From an uncultured Lachnoclostridium sp. (GTDB lineage: Bacteria > Bacillota > Clostridia > Lachnospirales > Lachnospiraceae): 56,441 bases of DNA. Of this stretch, positions 27,082 through 36,783 are shown piece after piece; positions within the stretch are counted from its first letter, which is position 1, and each line of letters starts with the position of its first letter. Location of the stretch: assembly GCA_964625275.1 (NCBI GenBank), contig CAZVBH010000001.1:1-56441 (forward strand), read 5' to 3'. The translations under genes and the position numbers were made by a program. Under the pieces are notes generated by a model that had not been told where the DNA came from, did no database searches, and saw only the letters and a program-made list of their open reading frames with translations.

Positions 27082-27693
27082 TTAATGCTTACCTCTAAAA
27101 AAAGAAGAAAATCCGGCAATAGGTGTAAGATAGTCCTTGTCAGTTATCATAAGATAACGCTGTTTTCTGGACTTGCGCGCAGCCTCCTTTAAAAGATGAT
27201 TTGGAACGCGCATTTCCCTAAAAACATTTTCACCGCCTTTTGGAAAGGTCTTCTTGTCAAGAATGATATATACCTCAGGCGAAAACAAGAAATAATATCT
27301 TTCATCCTCTTCTATATCGTCAAAAAGATGCCATTTATATTGCTGATGTGAAACCCTTGTATGAAGATTGACATATTTCTCGTCAATGGTAACTATCTGG
27401 TCTACATCGGCATGAACAGAATTTACCGCTTTAGAGCGAAAAACAAGTGGCCATATAACGAGAACCGCAAACAGCATGATAAAGGTAAGAATCAGAAAAA
27501 CTCCCATCATCGTCCAGCTTGTCTTTAAAACCAAATGTCTTAAAAAACCGGTAAAAGCAAGTATTGTTGAAACAAGCATTGCTATATAAAATCCAATACG
27601 GATTAATTTACATTTTTTGGAATGCATCCACATATAAAAACCAATTCGGTTAACTAAATCATCTGTAAAATGAATATGATTTTCAGTATGCAT
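27082..27693 (-). CDS. Membrane protein, YcxB-like (two TM helices plus a cytoplasmic domain).
   Basis: ATG 27693 lies 6 nt after AAAGGGG. Two hydrophobic helices, then ...YKWHLFDDIEEDERYYFLF. Confidence 0.4.
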   Translation of the reverse strand: MHTENHIHFTDDLVNRIGFYMWMHSKKCKLIRIGFYIAMLVSTILAFTGFLRHLVLKTSWTMMGVFLILTFIMLFAVLVIWPLVFRSKAVNSVHADVDQIVTIDEKYVNLHTRVSHQQYKWHLFDDIEEDERYYFLFSPEVYIILDKKTFPKGGENVFREMRVPNHLLKEAARKSRKQRYLMITDKDYLTPIAGFSSFFRGKH

Positions 27694-27851
27694 TATAAAC
27701 CCCTTTCTCTTTCGCATTTGAATATATGATAACACAACAAATTGACTAATTACAAGTAGTTAAATAAAAAACTTAATACTTTGTTTTATTGACTCTGCGC
27801 TCTCAAATGATTATACTGTAGATTAGTGATATACAAAGGAGAGAAAGTGCC

Positions 27852-29423
27852 ATGAGGGAAGAAAATAATTCATCAGCGAATGAAATTAATGAAATATGCA
27901 AAAAGGCAATTACTGACTTTTATTATAAGAATGGTCGTTATCCGGAGCAGGAAGAGCTGGATTTAATCGTAAAAGAAATTAAGTCACGTCATAAAAGACA
28001 GAGAATGTCAGGCTCGGGGCAGGGAGCAGCCAGACAAGTCCAGTCAAGACCAAATCAAAGAGCTGCCGGACCGGGGCAGTCAAGACCAAAGCAAATACCG
28101 GCTCAGCAGGTAGAAGGCAGTAATCGTACAAACAGACCGGCACAGACAGAAAACAGACGAGCAGGCCAAAGACCGGCACAGACAGAAAACAGACGAGCAG
28201 GTCAAAGACCGGTTCAGGGAGAAAACAGAAGACCAGTACAAAGACCGGCACAGACAGAAAGCAGACGAGCAGGCCAAAGACCGGTTCAGGGAGAAAACAG
28301 AAGACCAGTACAAAGACCGGTTCAGGGAGAAAACAGAAGACCGGTACAAAGACCGGTTCAGGGAGAAAACAGAAGACCGGTACAAAGACCGGCTCAGGGA
28401 GAAAACAGACGGCCGGCTCAGACCGGGAACCGTCGTTCACAGCAGACCCAGGCCGGCAAAGGTAATTCGCGACCACAAAGAAGTGTTCCACCTAAAAGAA
28501 ATGATAAGCCATCAAAGGAAGCTCTTACAAATCGCAGCCTTGTGGCAATTTGCATAGTGCTTATAGTAGCTGTTTTTATGGTAGTGGTTATTGCAAAATC
28601 ACTTTCCGGCAATGGCAAAAAGGCAGGAGAAACAAATAAATCTAACGGAGCAGCAACCGTTACACAGGCGCTTGATAATGCCAAGCAGCCGGATGAAGCT
28701 GATCCTAATGATACAACAGCTGATAATACAACTCCGGAGGCGACACCTACACCTGAGCTTGAGTACATCGATCAGAGTACACTTTTAGATACCAACAGCA
28801 TAGACTATTTAAAAGGACTTTCATCAAATGGTTCAGTGATAGAAATAATTGATGGTATTACCTATGTAGAAGGACAGATGATTGTGAATAAAACCTACTC
28901 ACTTCCTGCTGATTATGTGCCTGAAGGTCATGACGGACTTGATTTGTCAGATACTGAGTATTCCTATGAAGGAGTAACTCAGGAGGTTTGGGATGCCTAC
29001 ACTCTGATGAAAAATGATATGGCGGAAGAAGGACTTTCAATAAGTCCATGCTCAGGATACAGATCTTATAATTGTCAGGTCGGACTATGGCAGGCTTATG
29101 CAGACAGAGATGGTGCAGAGGCAGCAGATACATATTCAGCAAGAGCTGGTTATTCCGAGCATCAGAGTGGACTTTGCATGGATATCAATTCTGCAAGTGA
29201 CTCCTTCACATCTACTGCAGAGGGAGAATGGCTTGATAAAAATTGTTGGAAATATGGTTTTTGCATAAGATTTCCGGAAGGCAAGCAGGAATATACCGGC
29301 TATAAATATGAAAGCTGGCATGTAAGATATGTTGGAACAGAGCTTGCTGAAAAGCTTTATAATAATGGAGACTGGCTTTCACTCGAAGAGTACTTTGGAC
29401 TTCAGAGCGCATATAACAGTTAA
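27852..29423 (+). CDS. M15 (VanY-type) D-Ala-D-Ala carboxypeptidase with a long repetitive basic N-terminal cytoplasmic region and one TM helix.
   Basis: SGYRSY, SEHQSGLCMDI, ESWHVRYVG. TM helix LVAICIVLIVAVFMVVVIA. Confidence 0.85.
   Translation: MREENNSSANEINEICKKAITDFYYKNGRYPEQEELDLIVKEIKSRHKRQRMSGSGQGAARQVQSRPNQRAAGPGQSRPKQIPAQQVEGSNRTNRPAQTENRRAGQRPAQTENRRAGQRPVQGENRRPVQRPAQTESRRAGQRPVQGENRRPVQRPVQGENRRPVQRPVQGENRRPVQRPAQGENRRPAQTGNRRSQQTQAGKGNSRPQRSVPPKRNDKPSKEALTNRSLVAICIVLIVAVFMVVVIAKSLSGNGKKAGETNKSNGAATVTQALDNAKQPDEADPNDTTADNTTPEATPTPELEYIDQSTLLDTNSIDYLKGLSSNGSVIEIIDGITYVEGQMIVNKTYSLPADYVPEGHDGLDLSDTEYSYEGVTQEVWDAYTLMKNDMAEEGLSISPCSGYRSYNCQVGLWQAYADRDGAEAADTYSARAGYSEHQSGLCMDINSASDSFTSTAEGEWLDKNCWKYGFCIRFPEGKQEYTGYKYESWHVRYVGTELAEKLYNNGDWLSLEEYFGLQSAYNS
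28134..28421 (+). repeat. Eight in-frame 36-bp tandem repeats encoding RP(A/V)Q(T/G)ENRR(A/P)(G/V)Q.
   Basis: Units start at 28134, 28170, 28206, 28242, 28278, 28314, 28350 and 28386. A partial ninth unit runs to ~28442. Confidence 0.95.
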
Positions 29424-29559
29424 AAAAGCTTTGAGTGTATAAACATAGAAGCACCATCGCTTCTTTAGCGAAGTGGCTTTTGATAATATAGCCCTTGCAA
29501 ACCCCTATGCTTTAGCATAGGGGAGCGTCATAAATAATAGTGGAAAAGAGGAATTTACA

Positions 29560-30432
29560 ATGAAATACATCTTAGAAAATAGCGAGCTTAAAGTAGAATT
29601 TGATTCAAAAGGTGCCGAGCTTACGGCAATTACAGGCAAAAAATCAGGACTCTCCTATATGTGGAATGCGGGAGCTGCCTGGAAGCGTCATTCACCTGTG
29701 CTTTTTCCGATAGTAGGTGGCATTAAGAATAAGACCTACAGACTTGATGGAAATGAATATCATCTAAATCAGCATGGCTTCGCAAGAGACTTAGAATTTA
29801 CTCTTTTAGCTAAGAGCGACAAAGAAATATCCTTCAGCCTTTCTGAAAATGAAGAAACACTTAAGCTTTATCCTTGTAAATTTGAACTTGTCATTACCTA
29901 CATATTAGAAGGAAGCTCACTTAAAGTAGTTTGGAAGGTGGTAAATACCAATGATAAAGAAATTTTCTTCTCAATTGGTGGACATCCTGCCTTTTCATGT
30001 CCGCTAAATGGAGGAGAGCAGACAGATTATTATCTGCATTTTGACGAAGAAGGACCTCTTGAATATAACCTTCTTTCCTCAGAAGGACTATGCATGGATA
30101 AAAAATATGAGCTGCCTACAGATAATGGATATGTAAAGCTTACTTATGAATTCTTTGATAAAGATGCACTTGTAATGTATAATGACAGAGTGAGAACGGT
30201 AAGCCTTGCAGGACCGGACAAGTCAGATTATCTCAAGGTTACCTTTGATGCACCGGTTTATGGAATCTGGTCAGCAAAGGGAGCACATGCACCATTTGTC
30301 TGCATTGAGCCTTGGTATGGCAGATGTGACGATGATGACTTTACGGGCACCTGGCAGGAGCGTAAATTTGGCAACAGACTTGAGACCGCAGACAGCTTTG
30401 AAAAGAGCTATACGGTTACAGTTATCCAGTAG
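29560..30432 (+). CDS. Aldose 1-epimerase-family protein.
   Basis: Length and motifs (SPVLFPIVG, NQHGFAR, GGHPAF, EPW). Confidence 0.75.
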   Translation: MKYILENSELKVEFDSKGAELTAITGKKSGLSYMWNAGAAWKRHSPVLFPIVGGIKNKTYRLDGNEYHLNQHGFARDLEFTLLAKSDKEISFSLSENEETLKLYPCKFELVITYILEGSSLKVVWKVVNTNDKEIFFSIGGHPAFSCPLNGGEQTDYYLHFDEEGPLEYNLLSSEGLCMDKKYELPTDNGYVKLTYEFFDKDALVMYNDRVRTVSLAGPDKSDYLKVTFDAPVYGIWSAKGAHAPFVCIEPWYGRCDDDDFTGTWQERKFGNRLETADSFEKSYTVTVIQ

Positions 30433-30498
30433 TAAATATTAAAACCATTAGATGGTTAATCATTAGTATGATAATAATATAAAAAATCGGAGGCTTTT

Positions 30499-31935
30499 AT
30501 GAGTTTAATTGGAGATGCACCATTTTGGGAGTATTTTGAAGAAATATGCAGTATTCCCCATGGCTCGGGAAATACTGATGAAATCAGCGAATATTTAGTA
30601 AATTTCGCAAAAGAGCAGGGACTTAAATATGTCAAGGACGAGCTTAATAATGTAGTGATTTATAAGTCTGCTACAGAGGGCTATGAAAATAAGCCTGCAG
30701 TCATTTTACAGGGACACATGGACATGGTTGCTGTTAAGACAAAGGACTGCGTAAAAGACCTGGAAAAGGATGGACTCGATTTAGAGATTAATGATGAATG
30801 GCTCAGTGCAGTTGGCACCAGTCTCGGTGGAGATGATGGCATAGCAGTAGCTTATATGCTTGCAATTCTCGCCTCAAAGGACTATAAGCATCCGGCTCTT
30901 GAATGTGTAATTACTGTCGATGAAGAGGTCGGAATGGACGGCGCCTTCGGCATAAAGGCAGAGCAGCTGCTTAAAGGCACGAGAATGATGAATATGGACA
31001 ACGAGGGTGAGGGCGTTTTCCTTGCAGGCTGTGCAGGCGGTGCAAGAATTGACTGCAGCATACCTGTTGAGAGAAAGCTTCGGGACGCCATTGTCTATGA
31101 ACTAAAAGTAAGTGGACTTAAGGGTGGTCACAGTGGAGTTGAAATCAATGACAACAGAGTGAGCGCAGCAACCATAATTGCCAGATTTTTATGTGAGCTG
31201 AAGCTCGGCCGAACAAGACTTATAGATATAAAATGTGGTGAAAAGGATAATGTTATCGCAAATAGCGGTTATATTAAATTTATCTGCTCAGCACCAAAGC
31301 CTGACGTAATGGAAATTCTCGATTTCTATGCCGAGGTCTTAAAGGAAGAGCTGGCAACAAGAGAGCCGGGTCTCAAGCTTGAGTATGAATGTCTTGGCAA
31401 TGAGATAAATGTAAATGCTCTCAACAGAGCTACCTCTGATAAGGTTATGGATTTCCTTTTAGCACTTCCGCAGGGCGTAGATACAATGAGTGCAGACGTT
31501 CCTGATTTAGTTGAAACCTCAGATAATATTGGAATCATAGACCTTACTGAGAATGAGCTTAAGTGCTCAGTATCAGTACGAAGCTCTTATGCTTCAGCAA
31601 AGCAGGCACTTTGCGACAAGGTTATTGCTGTTGCAACACTTGCCGGAGGTACGGCAAAGCAGCTTGGAGATTATCCGGGATGGGCCTACAGAGTAGACTC
31701 TCCATTGCGTGATATTATGGTTGAGGCCTACAAGGAAATGTACGGAAATGAACCAAAGGTTGAGGCCATACATGCCGGAGTAGAGTGTGGACTTTTTATC
31801 GAAAAGCTTGAAGGACTTGATTGTGTATCCTACGGACCGGACATTGAAGCAATTCATTCAGTAAATGAGCGCTTAAATATTCCGTCTGCAGAAAGAGTAT
31901 ATGACTTTACCGTTAAGGTACTTGAAAGAAGCTAA
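30499..31935 (+). CDS. pepD: Aminoacyl-histidine dipeptidase (M20 family).
   Basis: FEEICSIPHGSGN, LQGHMDMV, GGDDGI, TVDEEVGMDGA. Confidence 0.85.
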   Translation: MSLIGDAPFWEYFEEICSIPHGSGNTDEISEYLVNFAKEQGLKYVKDELNNVVIYKSATEGYENKPAVILQGHMDMVAVKTKDCVKDLEKDGLDLEINDEWLSAVGTSLGGDDGIAVAYMLAILASKDYKHPALECVITVDEEVGMDGAFGIKAEQLLKGTRMMNMDNEGEGVFLAGCAGGARIDCSIPVERKLRDAIVYELKVSGLKGGHSGVEINDNRVSAATIIARFLCELKLGRTRLIDIKCGEKDNVIANSGYIKFICSAPKPDVMEILDFYAEVLKEELATREPGLKLEYECLGNEINVNALNRATSDKVMDFLLALPQGVDTMSADVPDLVETSDNIGIIDLTENELKCSVSVRSSYASAKQALCDKVIAVATLAGGTAKQLGDYPGWAYRVDSPLRDIMVEAYKEMYGNEPKVEAIHAGVECGLFIEKLEGLDCVSYGPDIEAIHSVNERLNIPSAERVYDFTVKVLERS

Positions 31936-31953
31936 TTAGGGAGGCTAAAGAAT

Positions 31954-33264
31954 ATGTGGATTGACGAAAGTGTATTTTATCAGATTTATCCGATGGGATT
32001 TTGTAATGCCAGCTTTGAAAATGATGGCATCTGCAAAAGAAATATTTTGGAATTTGCAGATTGGAGCTCACATCTTGCAAAGCTTGGAGTAAATGCAGTA
32101 TATTTTTCACCTGTATTTGAATCAGATACCCATGGCTATAATACCAGAGATTACAAGATAATTGATAAGAGACTTGGAACAAATGAGGACTTTAAGGAGC
32201 TGGTAAAAAAGCTGCATGCCGATGGCATAAAGGTTGTTCTCGATGGTGTCTTTAATCATGTTGGACGAGGCTTCTGGGCATTTAAGGATGTTCTTGAAAA
32301 AAGATGGGATTCACGTTACAAGGATTGGTTCAATATCAGCTTTGACGGCAATTCCAACTACAATGATGGTCTGTGGTATGAAGGCTGGGAAGGCTGTTAT
32401 GACCTTGTAAAACTCAATCTTAGAAACGAAGAGGTAATTCAGCATCTTTTTGAGGTTGTCCGTTTCTGGGTTGATGAATTTGATATAGACGGACTTCGTC
32501 TCGACGTAGCCTACTGCCTTGACAGGGATTTCCTTCACAGATTGAGAGAGCTTGCAAATGGCATTAAGCCTGAGTTTGCCCTGATTGGCGAGCTGCTTCA
32601 TGGCGACTACAACCAGTTTGTAAATGACGGAATGCTTCATTCCTGCACAAATTATGAATGTTATAAAGGACTTTATTCCAGCTTTAACAGCAGTAATATG
32701 TTTGAAATAGTTCATTCGCTGAAAAGACAGTTTGGACCTGAGCAATGGACACTCTATAAAGGTAAGCATCTTCTTGCTTTTGTAGACAATCATGATGTAA
32801 CAAGAGTGGCAAGCATACTTCAAAATCCAAATCATCTTCCACTTATCTACGGACTTCTCTTTGCAATGCCGGGCATCCCATGTATCTATTACGGAAGCGA
32901 GTGGGGCACTAAGGCAGAAAAATCTCAGGGAGATCCGGCACTCAGACCTTGCTTTGAAAAGCCGGAATGGAACGAGCTTACAACTACGATAAGTAAATAT
33001 GCAAAGGCTCACAGAGAAGAAAAGGCAATTCAGTATGGTGATTTTTCTTCACCTGTACTTACAAATAAGCAGTGTGTTCTTGAAAGAAGCTGTGATGGCG
33101 AAAGAATATTTGCTGCAATAAATATGGATGAAAACGGCTATGATGCCTGGTTTAATACAGGAGCTTCTAAGGGAATCAACGTACTTACCGGTGAAGAAGT
33201 AAGCCTTACGGACGGAAAGCTTTTTATGCCGGGCTATAGCGTACAGTATATTAAGCCATTATAA
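31954..33264 (+). CDS. GH13 alpha-amylase-family glycoside hydrolase, cytoplasmic.
   Basis: Conserved regions DGVFNHVG, GLRLDVA, LIGELLH, FVDNHDV. No signal peptide. Confidence 0.85.
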   Translation: MWIDESVFYQIYPMGFCNASFENDGICKRNILEFADWSSHLAKLGVNAVYFSPVFESDTHGYNTRDYKIIDKRLGTNEDFKELVKKLHADGIKVVLDGVFNHVGRGFWAFKDVLEKRWDSRYKDWFNISFDGNSNYNDGLWYEGWEGCYDLVKLNLRNEEVIQHLFEVVRFWVDEFDIDGLRLDVAYCLDRDFLHRLRELANGIKPEFALIGELLHGDYNQFVNDGMLHSCTNYECYKGLYSSFNSSNMFEIVHSLKRQFGPEQWTLYKGKHLLAFVDNHDVTRVASILQNPNHLPLIYGLLFAMPGIPCIYYGSEWGTKAEKSQGDPALRPCFEKPEWNELTTTISKYAKAHREEKAIQYGDFSSPVLTNKQCVLERSCDGERIFAAINMDENGYDAWFNTGASKGINVLTGEEVSLTDGKLFMPGYSVQYIKPL

Positions 33265-33268
33265 GATA

Positions 33269-33384
33269 TTAACCTTATCTGACTTTTCAGCATCAGTAGG
33301 AGGCTGGACTCCTACTGATGTGCCACGAAGTGGCTTTAAGGTTATGAGCAAGTAGCGAAGCGGACCCGGAATATCCGCTTTGAT
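33269..33384 (+). repeat. 116-bp structured intergenic repeat element, copy 2.
   Basis: Matches 1666-1781 with 2 substitutions, both at predicted unpaired positions. Confidence 0.9.
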
Positions 33385-33417
33385 CAAATTATTATAAGCT
33401 TTAGAAAGGAGTGGACA

Positions 33418-34482
33418 GTGAAATTTATTCATACCTCAGACATACACTTAGGTGCTGAGCCTGAAATGGGAACACCCTGGGCCGAGGCACGTCAAAATGA
33501 AATCTGGAATACACTGCAGAGAATGCTTGATGTATGTAATGAAGAAGAAATTGATCTTTTTCTGATAGCAGGCAATTTATTTCACAAGCAGCCGCTTCAA
33601 AAGGAGCTTAAGCGTTTAAATGAAATGTTTGCAGGTCTCAAGAAGACGAAGGTTGTCTTTATAGCGGGTGACCATGATTATTTAAGTGCGAGGTCACGTT
33701 ATCGAAATTTTAAATGGTGTGACCGGGTAATAATGTTAGACAAAAGGGATCTCGAAGAGAAATATCTTTATGGACTAGACACAACGGTCTATGGCTTCTC
33801 CTATATGGAAAACGAGATTTATGCCCCACTATATCGTGATGTAAAGCCAAAAAAATCCTCAGGCATACACATACTTTTAGCTCATGGAGGCGACCAAAGC
33901 CACATTCCGATTGACTATGCAAAGCTGTCGGATTCGGGCTTTGACTATATAGCACTTGGACATTCTCATAAGCCGAGAAAATTTGACAATCATATGTATT
34001 ATCCGGGAATTCCGGAACCAATAGATAAGGATGAGGTCGGAAAGCATGGCTTTATAAAAGGAGAATTTATCTGGGATGCCGGTGAATACAAGCTGGAAAC
34101 AGAATTCGTTCCATTTTCACAGCGAATGTATATAGATATACATGTACGAGTATCTACTGATGATACAAATGCCTCAGTCATAAGAAAAATCACTTCAGAA
34201 ATGTTGAAAAATGGCGCAGGCAATCTTTATCGTATTTATATAGAAGGAATCAGAAATTCGGCAATTGAATTTGATAAAGAAGCAATTGCCGTTAAAGGTA
34301 TGATTACCGAGGTAATAGATGAAACCGTTCTTGACTATAATTACGAAGAGCTGCGGGATGAGAATGACGATAACATAATTGGCGAGTTTATAGAACACAT
34401 CAGGAGCCTTGACGGAGATGAGGCACTAAAGGACAGAGCGCTTTATTATGGCATTGATGCACTCTTAAAGGCTAAGGAATAA
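33418..34482 (+). CDS. Metallophosphoesterase, SbcD-like DNA-repair exonuclease (B. subtilis YhaO type).
   Basis: KFIHTSDIHLG, AGNLF, AGDHD, GHSH. GTG start after AAAGGAG. Confidence 0.7.
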   Translation: MKFIHTSDIHLGAEPEMGTPWAEARQNEIWNTLQRMLDVCNEEEIDLFLIAGNLFHKQPLQKELKRLNEMFAGLKKTKVVFIAGDHDYLSARSRYRNFKWCDRVIMLDKRDLEEKYLYGLDTTVYGFSYMENEIYAPLYRDVKPKKSSGIHILLAHGGDQSHIPIDYAKLSDSGFDYIALGHSHKPRKFDNHMYYPGIPEPIDKDEVGKHGFIKGEFIWDAGEYKLETEFVPFSQRMYIDIHVRVSTDDTNASVIRKITSEMLKNGAGNLYRIYIEGIRNSAIEFDKEAIAVKGMITEVIDETVLDYNYEELRDENDDNIIGEFIEHIRSLDGDEALKDRALYYGIDALLKAKE

Positions 34483-34502
34483 AAGAAAACGGAAAGGATA
34501 AC

Positions 34503-36599
34503 ATGAAGCTACAGGTTGCAGAATTGAAAGGATTTGGTAAATTTGTCGACAGAAGATTTGAGTTTTCTGATGGCATAAATATTGCTTACGGGCCAAATGA
34601 GGCCGGTAAATCTACCATTACGGCCTTTTTGTATGCAATGCTCTTTGACCTGGACAGCGATGAAAATGATGCTTTTCGTAAGGATATGTTTACAGCCTGC
34701 AAGCCCTGGATAGGAACTGACGAATTCGGCGGTGCAATTGAGTTTGTACATAATGGCGGAAGCTACAGACTTGAAAAAAGCTTTGCAAAAAAAGGGACAA
34801 CACTTAAGCTAAAGGATTTAAGCACAGGTCATGAGCTTTATCCGGCAGCAGAGCATCTAAGGGATATGTTTCCCGGACTAACCTCAAGAGAATATTTAGG
34901 CACCTACTTTAATGTGGAGGGTGAAAATTATCCTGATGTCTCAATTGTGCAAAGCATTAAAAAGCATATGGCTGATAAAAAGAGAGAAAATACCAAAGGC
35001 ATAGATACAGATTATGCCATTGAAATGCTTGAGGAGAGAAAGCTTTTAATCTCTCAGGACAGCGACAGTGAGAAAATTAAAAAGCTTGATAAAATAATAG
35101 CTGAAGAAGAAAAGACAGAAAGAGAGCTTGACAAAATAGCAGCAATGGAGCTTAAAGGTCTTGCCGAGGTTGAAGAATTAAACGTAAGGTATGCAGAGCT
35201 TTCCAAGCTGTCACTTTTTGAAGAAAAAGAGCAGGACTATTATACGTATAAAGAAAGATATCTTACCTATAAAAAGGATTTGGAAAAGGCAAGAGAAATA
35301 TCAGATCAGCTGGAAACGACAATAATCAGACGTGAAGAGCTCGATGAGAATGCCGGAATGCTGGACCGATGCAAGGAAGAGCTTCAGGCGGTACGGTCTT
35401 TTATGCGGGACAACAGCGAAAAAGAGGCGAAGGCACGTCAAAGTATAGATACTACAGGAAGACTTTTGATTTCAGAAGCAAAGGATAATCAGTATAAACA
35501 GATTATTTTTCTGGGATTTGCGATTTTTATGTGTCTTGCAGGCCTTGTAACCATTCTTGAAAAAATACCTTTGAGATACAGCATTATATGCTTTATTGCA
35601 GCGATTGGCTGTACGGCAGCCTTTATAATGCTCACCATAAAAGGAAAAGGCAGACGCAGTCTTACAAAGGACGAGCTTGCAAAACTAAAGGACCAGGTGA
35701 CAGAGCTGGATGGTGAAAAGAAAATGTTCTTTAGGGCACATTCATCAGAGGAGGAGCTTATTGTTCGTCTTGAGAACTGTCTTAAAGAGGACGGACGACG
35801 CCCGGATGTTGTTGCTAAGGAAGAAGAGCTGATGAAGGAGCTTCAGGCACTTGATGAAGACCTTGCAAAGCGAAAGGATGATTTATTTAAATTTTTCTCC
35901 CAATTCGGGATGCTGGAAAATCTAAAGGATGATGAGCTTTTTATTCAGGAGGGAGCACTTCTTGAGGCAGCAGCTAAAAGAAAGAGTGAGCTTACTGAAC
36001 TAAAGAAAAAGATATCGGGACTTAAGGAATCACTTCTTAAAATGCACATGCAGGTTGAAGCCGGAGAAGAGAATGAGGCACATCTTCTTGAACACAGAAA
36101 TGAAAAGAAGCAGATTCTTGACAAGAAAAAGGAAAGAGAGCGTGAAATCAAAGCTATTGAGATGGCTATAAGCATGATTAACGAGCTTTCAAAGGAAAAT
36201 AATTCCAGCATAGGTAAGGCAATAAATGAAAGGGCAAGCAGTTATGCCGCAGCCTTTACCGATAATAGATATACTTCATTTTCGGCGGATGATTCTTTAA
36301 ACTGCAGGGTGGATTATTATGATAAATATGTGGACGTAGGCAGACTGAGCAATGGAACCAGAAAGCAAATGAACATGGCATTAAAGCTCTCAGCAGGAGA
36401 TTTGATTCTTTCAGATTATGAGCTTCCGATTGTTTTTGATGATTCCTTTGTTTACTATGATGATTCACGTCTTGCCGCAACCCTAAAGCGCCTTAGTGAA
36501 ATGCATGGAAAACAGATAATTATATTTACCTGTCAAAGCAGAGAAGAGACAATTCTTAATCAGCTTGGCATAAATTATTCATATTTGGGTATTGAATAA
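34503..36599 (+). CDS. SbcC/SMC-like AAA ATPase with a central TM hairpin (YhaN type).
   Basis: Walker A GPNEAGKST, coiled-coil segments, two adjacent hydrophobic helices (IIFLGFAIFMCLAGLVTIL / IICFIAAIGCTAAFIMLTI), LSNGTRKQ, Walker B PIVFDDSF. Confidence 0.6.
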   Translation: MKLQVAELKGFGKFVDRRFEFSDGINIAYGPNEAGKSTITAFLYAMLFDLDSDENDAFRKDMFTACKPWIGTDEFGGAIEFVHNGGSYRLEKSFAKKGTTLKLKDLSTGHELYPAAEHLRDMFPGLTSREYLGTYFNVEGENYPDVSIVQSIKKHMADKKRENTKGIDTDYAIEMLEERKLLISQDSDSEKIKKLDKIIAEEEKTERELDKIAAMELKGLAEVEELNVRYAELSKLSLFEEKEQDYYTYKERYLTYKKDLEKAREISDQLETTIIRREELDENAGMLDRCKEELQAVRSFMRDNSEKEAKARQSIDTTGRLLISEAKDNQYKQIIFLGFAIFMCLAGLVTILEKIPLRYSIICFIAAIGCTAAFIMLTIKGKGRRSLTKDELAKLKDQVTELDGEKKMFFRAHSSEEELIVRLENCLKEDGRRPDVVAKEEELMKELQALDEDLAKRKDDLFKFFSQFGMLENLKDDELFIQEGALLEAAAKRKSELTELKKKISGLKESLLKMHMQVEAGEENEAHLLEHRNEKKQILDKKKEREREIKAIEMAISMINELSKENNSSIGKAINERASSYAAAFTDNRYTSFSADDSLNCRVDYYDKYVDVGRLSNGTRKQMNMALKLSAGDLILSDYELPIVFDDSFVYYDDSRLAATLKRLSEMHGKQIIIFTCQSREETILNQLGINYSYLGIE

Positions 36600-36783
36600 T
36601 AGACAATAATTGAGTATGATATCATAGGTGACGTGAGAACTGGTCAAGGTTTGATTCGCAAACAGCTTCACTGCTTGCTTATTAACCTTAAGCTCATTTC
36701 AAATAAGCTTAGCCTGTGTTCATGTTACGGGTATGTTAATAATTAGGTTGGGAACCAAAGATTATTTATAGGAGTTAAATGTG

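Noticed and set aside
28134-28421. Regular 36-bp repeats considered as a CRISPR array
   Set aside because: The units are contiguous with no spacers, they are in frame within a CDS, and no cas genes are present.
27979-28491. 170-aa and 101-aa minus-strand ORFs antisense to the VanY-type gene
   Set aside because: They are artefacts of the stop-free 36-bp tandem repeats. The plus-strand frame continues into a well-supported M15 peptidase.
32311-33012. 233-aa minus-strand ORF
   Set aside because: It is antisense to the GH13 gene, which carries all four conserved amylase-family regions. The antisense ORF has no RBS or motifs.
36600-36783. Riboswitch, T-box or leader RNA upstream of the lipoprotein gene
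   Set aside because: Only short generic hairpins are present (e.g. TAAGCT-N11-AGCTTA). I recognised no conserved riboswitch or T-box core sequences.
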